Below are positions 42,471 through 42,478 of a stretch of DNA of 42,478 bases, piece by piece. The stretch is taken from positions 382,046 through 424,523 of the forward strand of contig NW_005434611.1 of assembly GCF_000315625.1 (NCBI RefSeq), in the 5' to 3' direction. The DNA comes from Guillardia theta CCMP2712. Its lineage: Eukaryota; Protista; Cryptophyta. Numbering within the stretch: position 1 is the first letter of the stretch; each line of letters starts with the position of its first letter. The notes beneath the pieces were generated by a model. It ran no database searches and had not been told where the DNA came from. It was given only the letters and a program-made list of their open reading frames with translations. The position numbers and the translations under genes were made by a program.

Positions 42471-42478
42471 AGGAGGCG

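Overview
Intron-rich, microsatellite-rich eukaryotic DNA with two N gaps. It is probably a cryptophyte or other complex-plastid alga, inferred from a signal-peptide-plus-Phe plastid leader on a CbbY-like gene. Host genes recognised by manual exon stitching: Gemin5-like WD40, Trm10 tRNA m1G9 methyltransferase, CbbY-like HAD phosphatase, GT2+TPR glycosyltransferase, two hypothetical genes, a prominin/Tweety-like 5-TM protein, a TPR+2OG-Fe(II) oxygenase, tRNA-Thr(AGT) and Cdc14. The main feature is a ~14 kb island (about 14605-28800) built almost entirely from one CRE-clade-like non-LTR retrotransposon (polyQ linker, RT, CCHC finger, restriction-like endonuclease, ~250-nt 3'UTR ending in a stem-loop plus TCCTATA, no poly(A)). 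The element appears to have inserted repeatedly into itself in both orientations. I count more than 20 3' tips by eye, including inserts as short as 6-38 nt with target-site duplications. There are recurrent hot spots in its own endonuclease-coding region and 3'UTR, an older subfamily at both edges with young copies in the centre, and a non-canonical RT motif (YADN) in every copy that spans it. All calls are by eye and exon boundaries are approximate.
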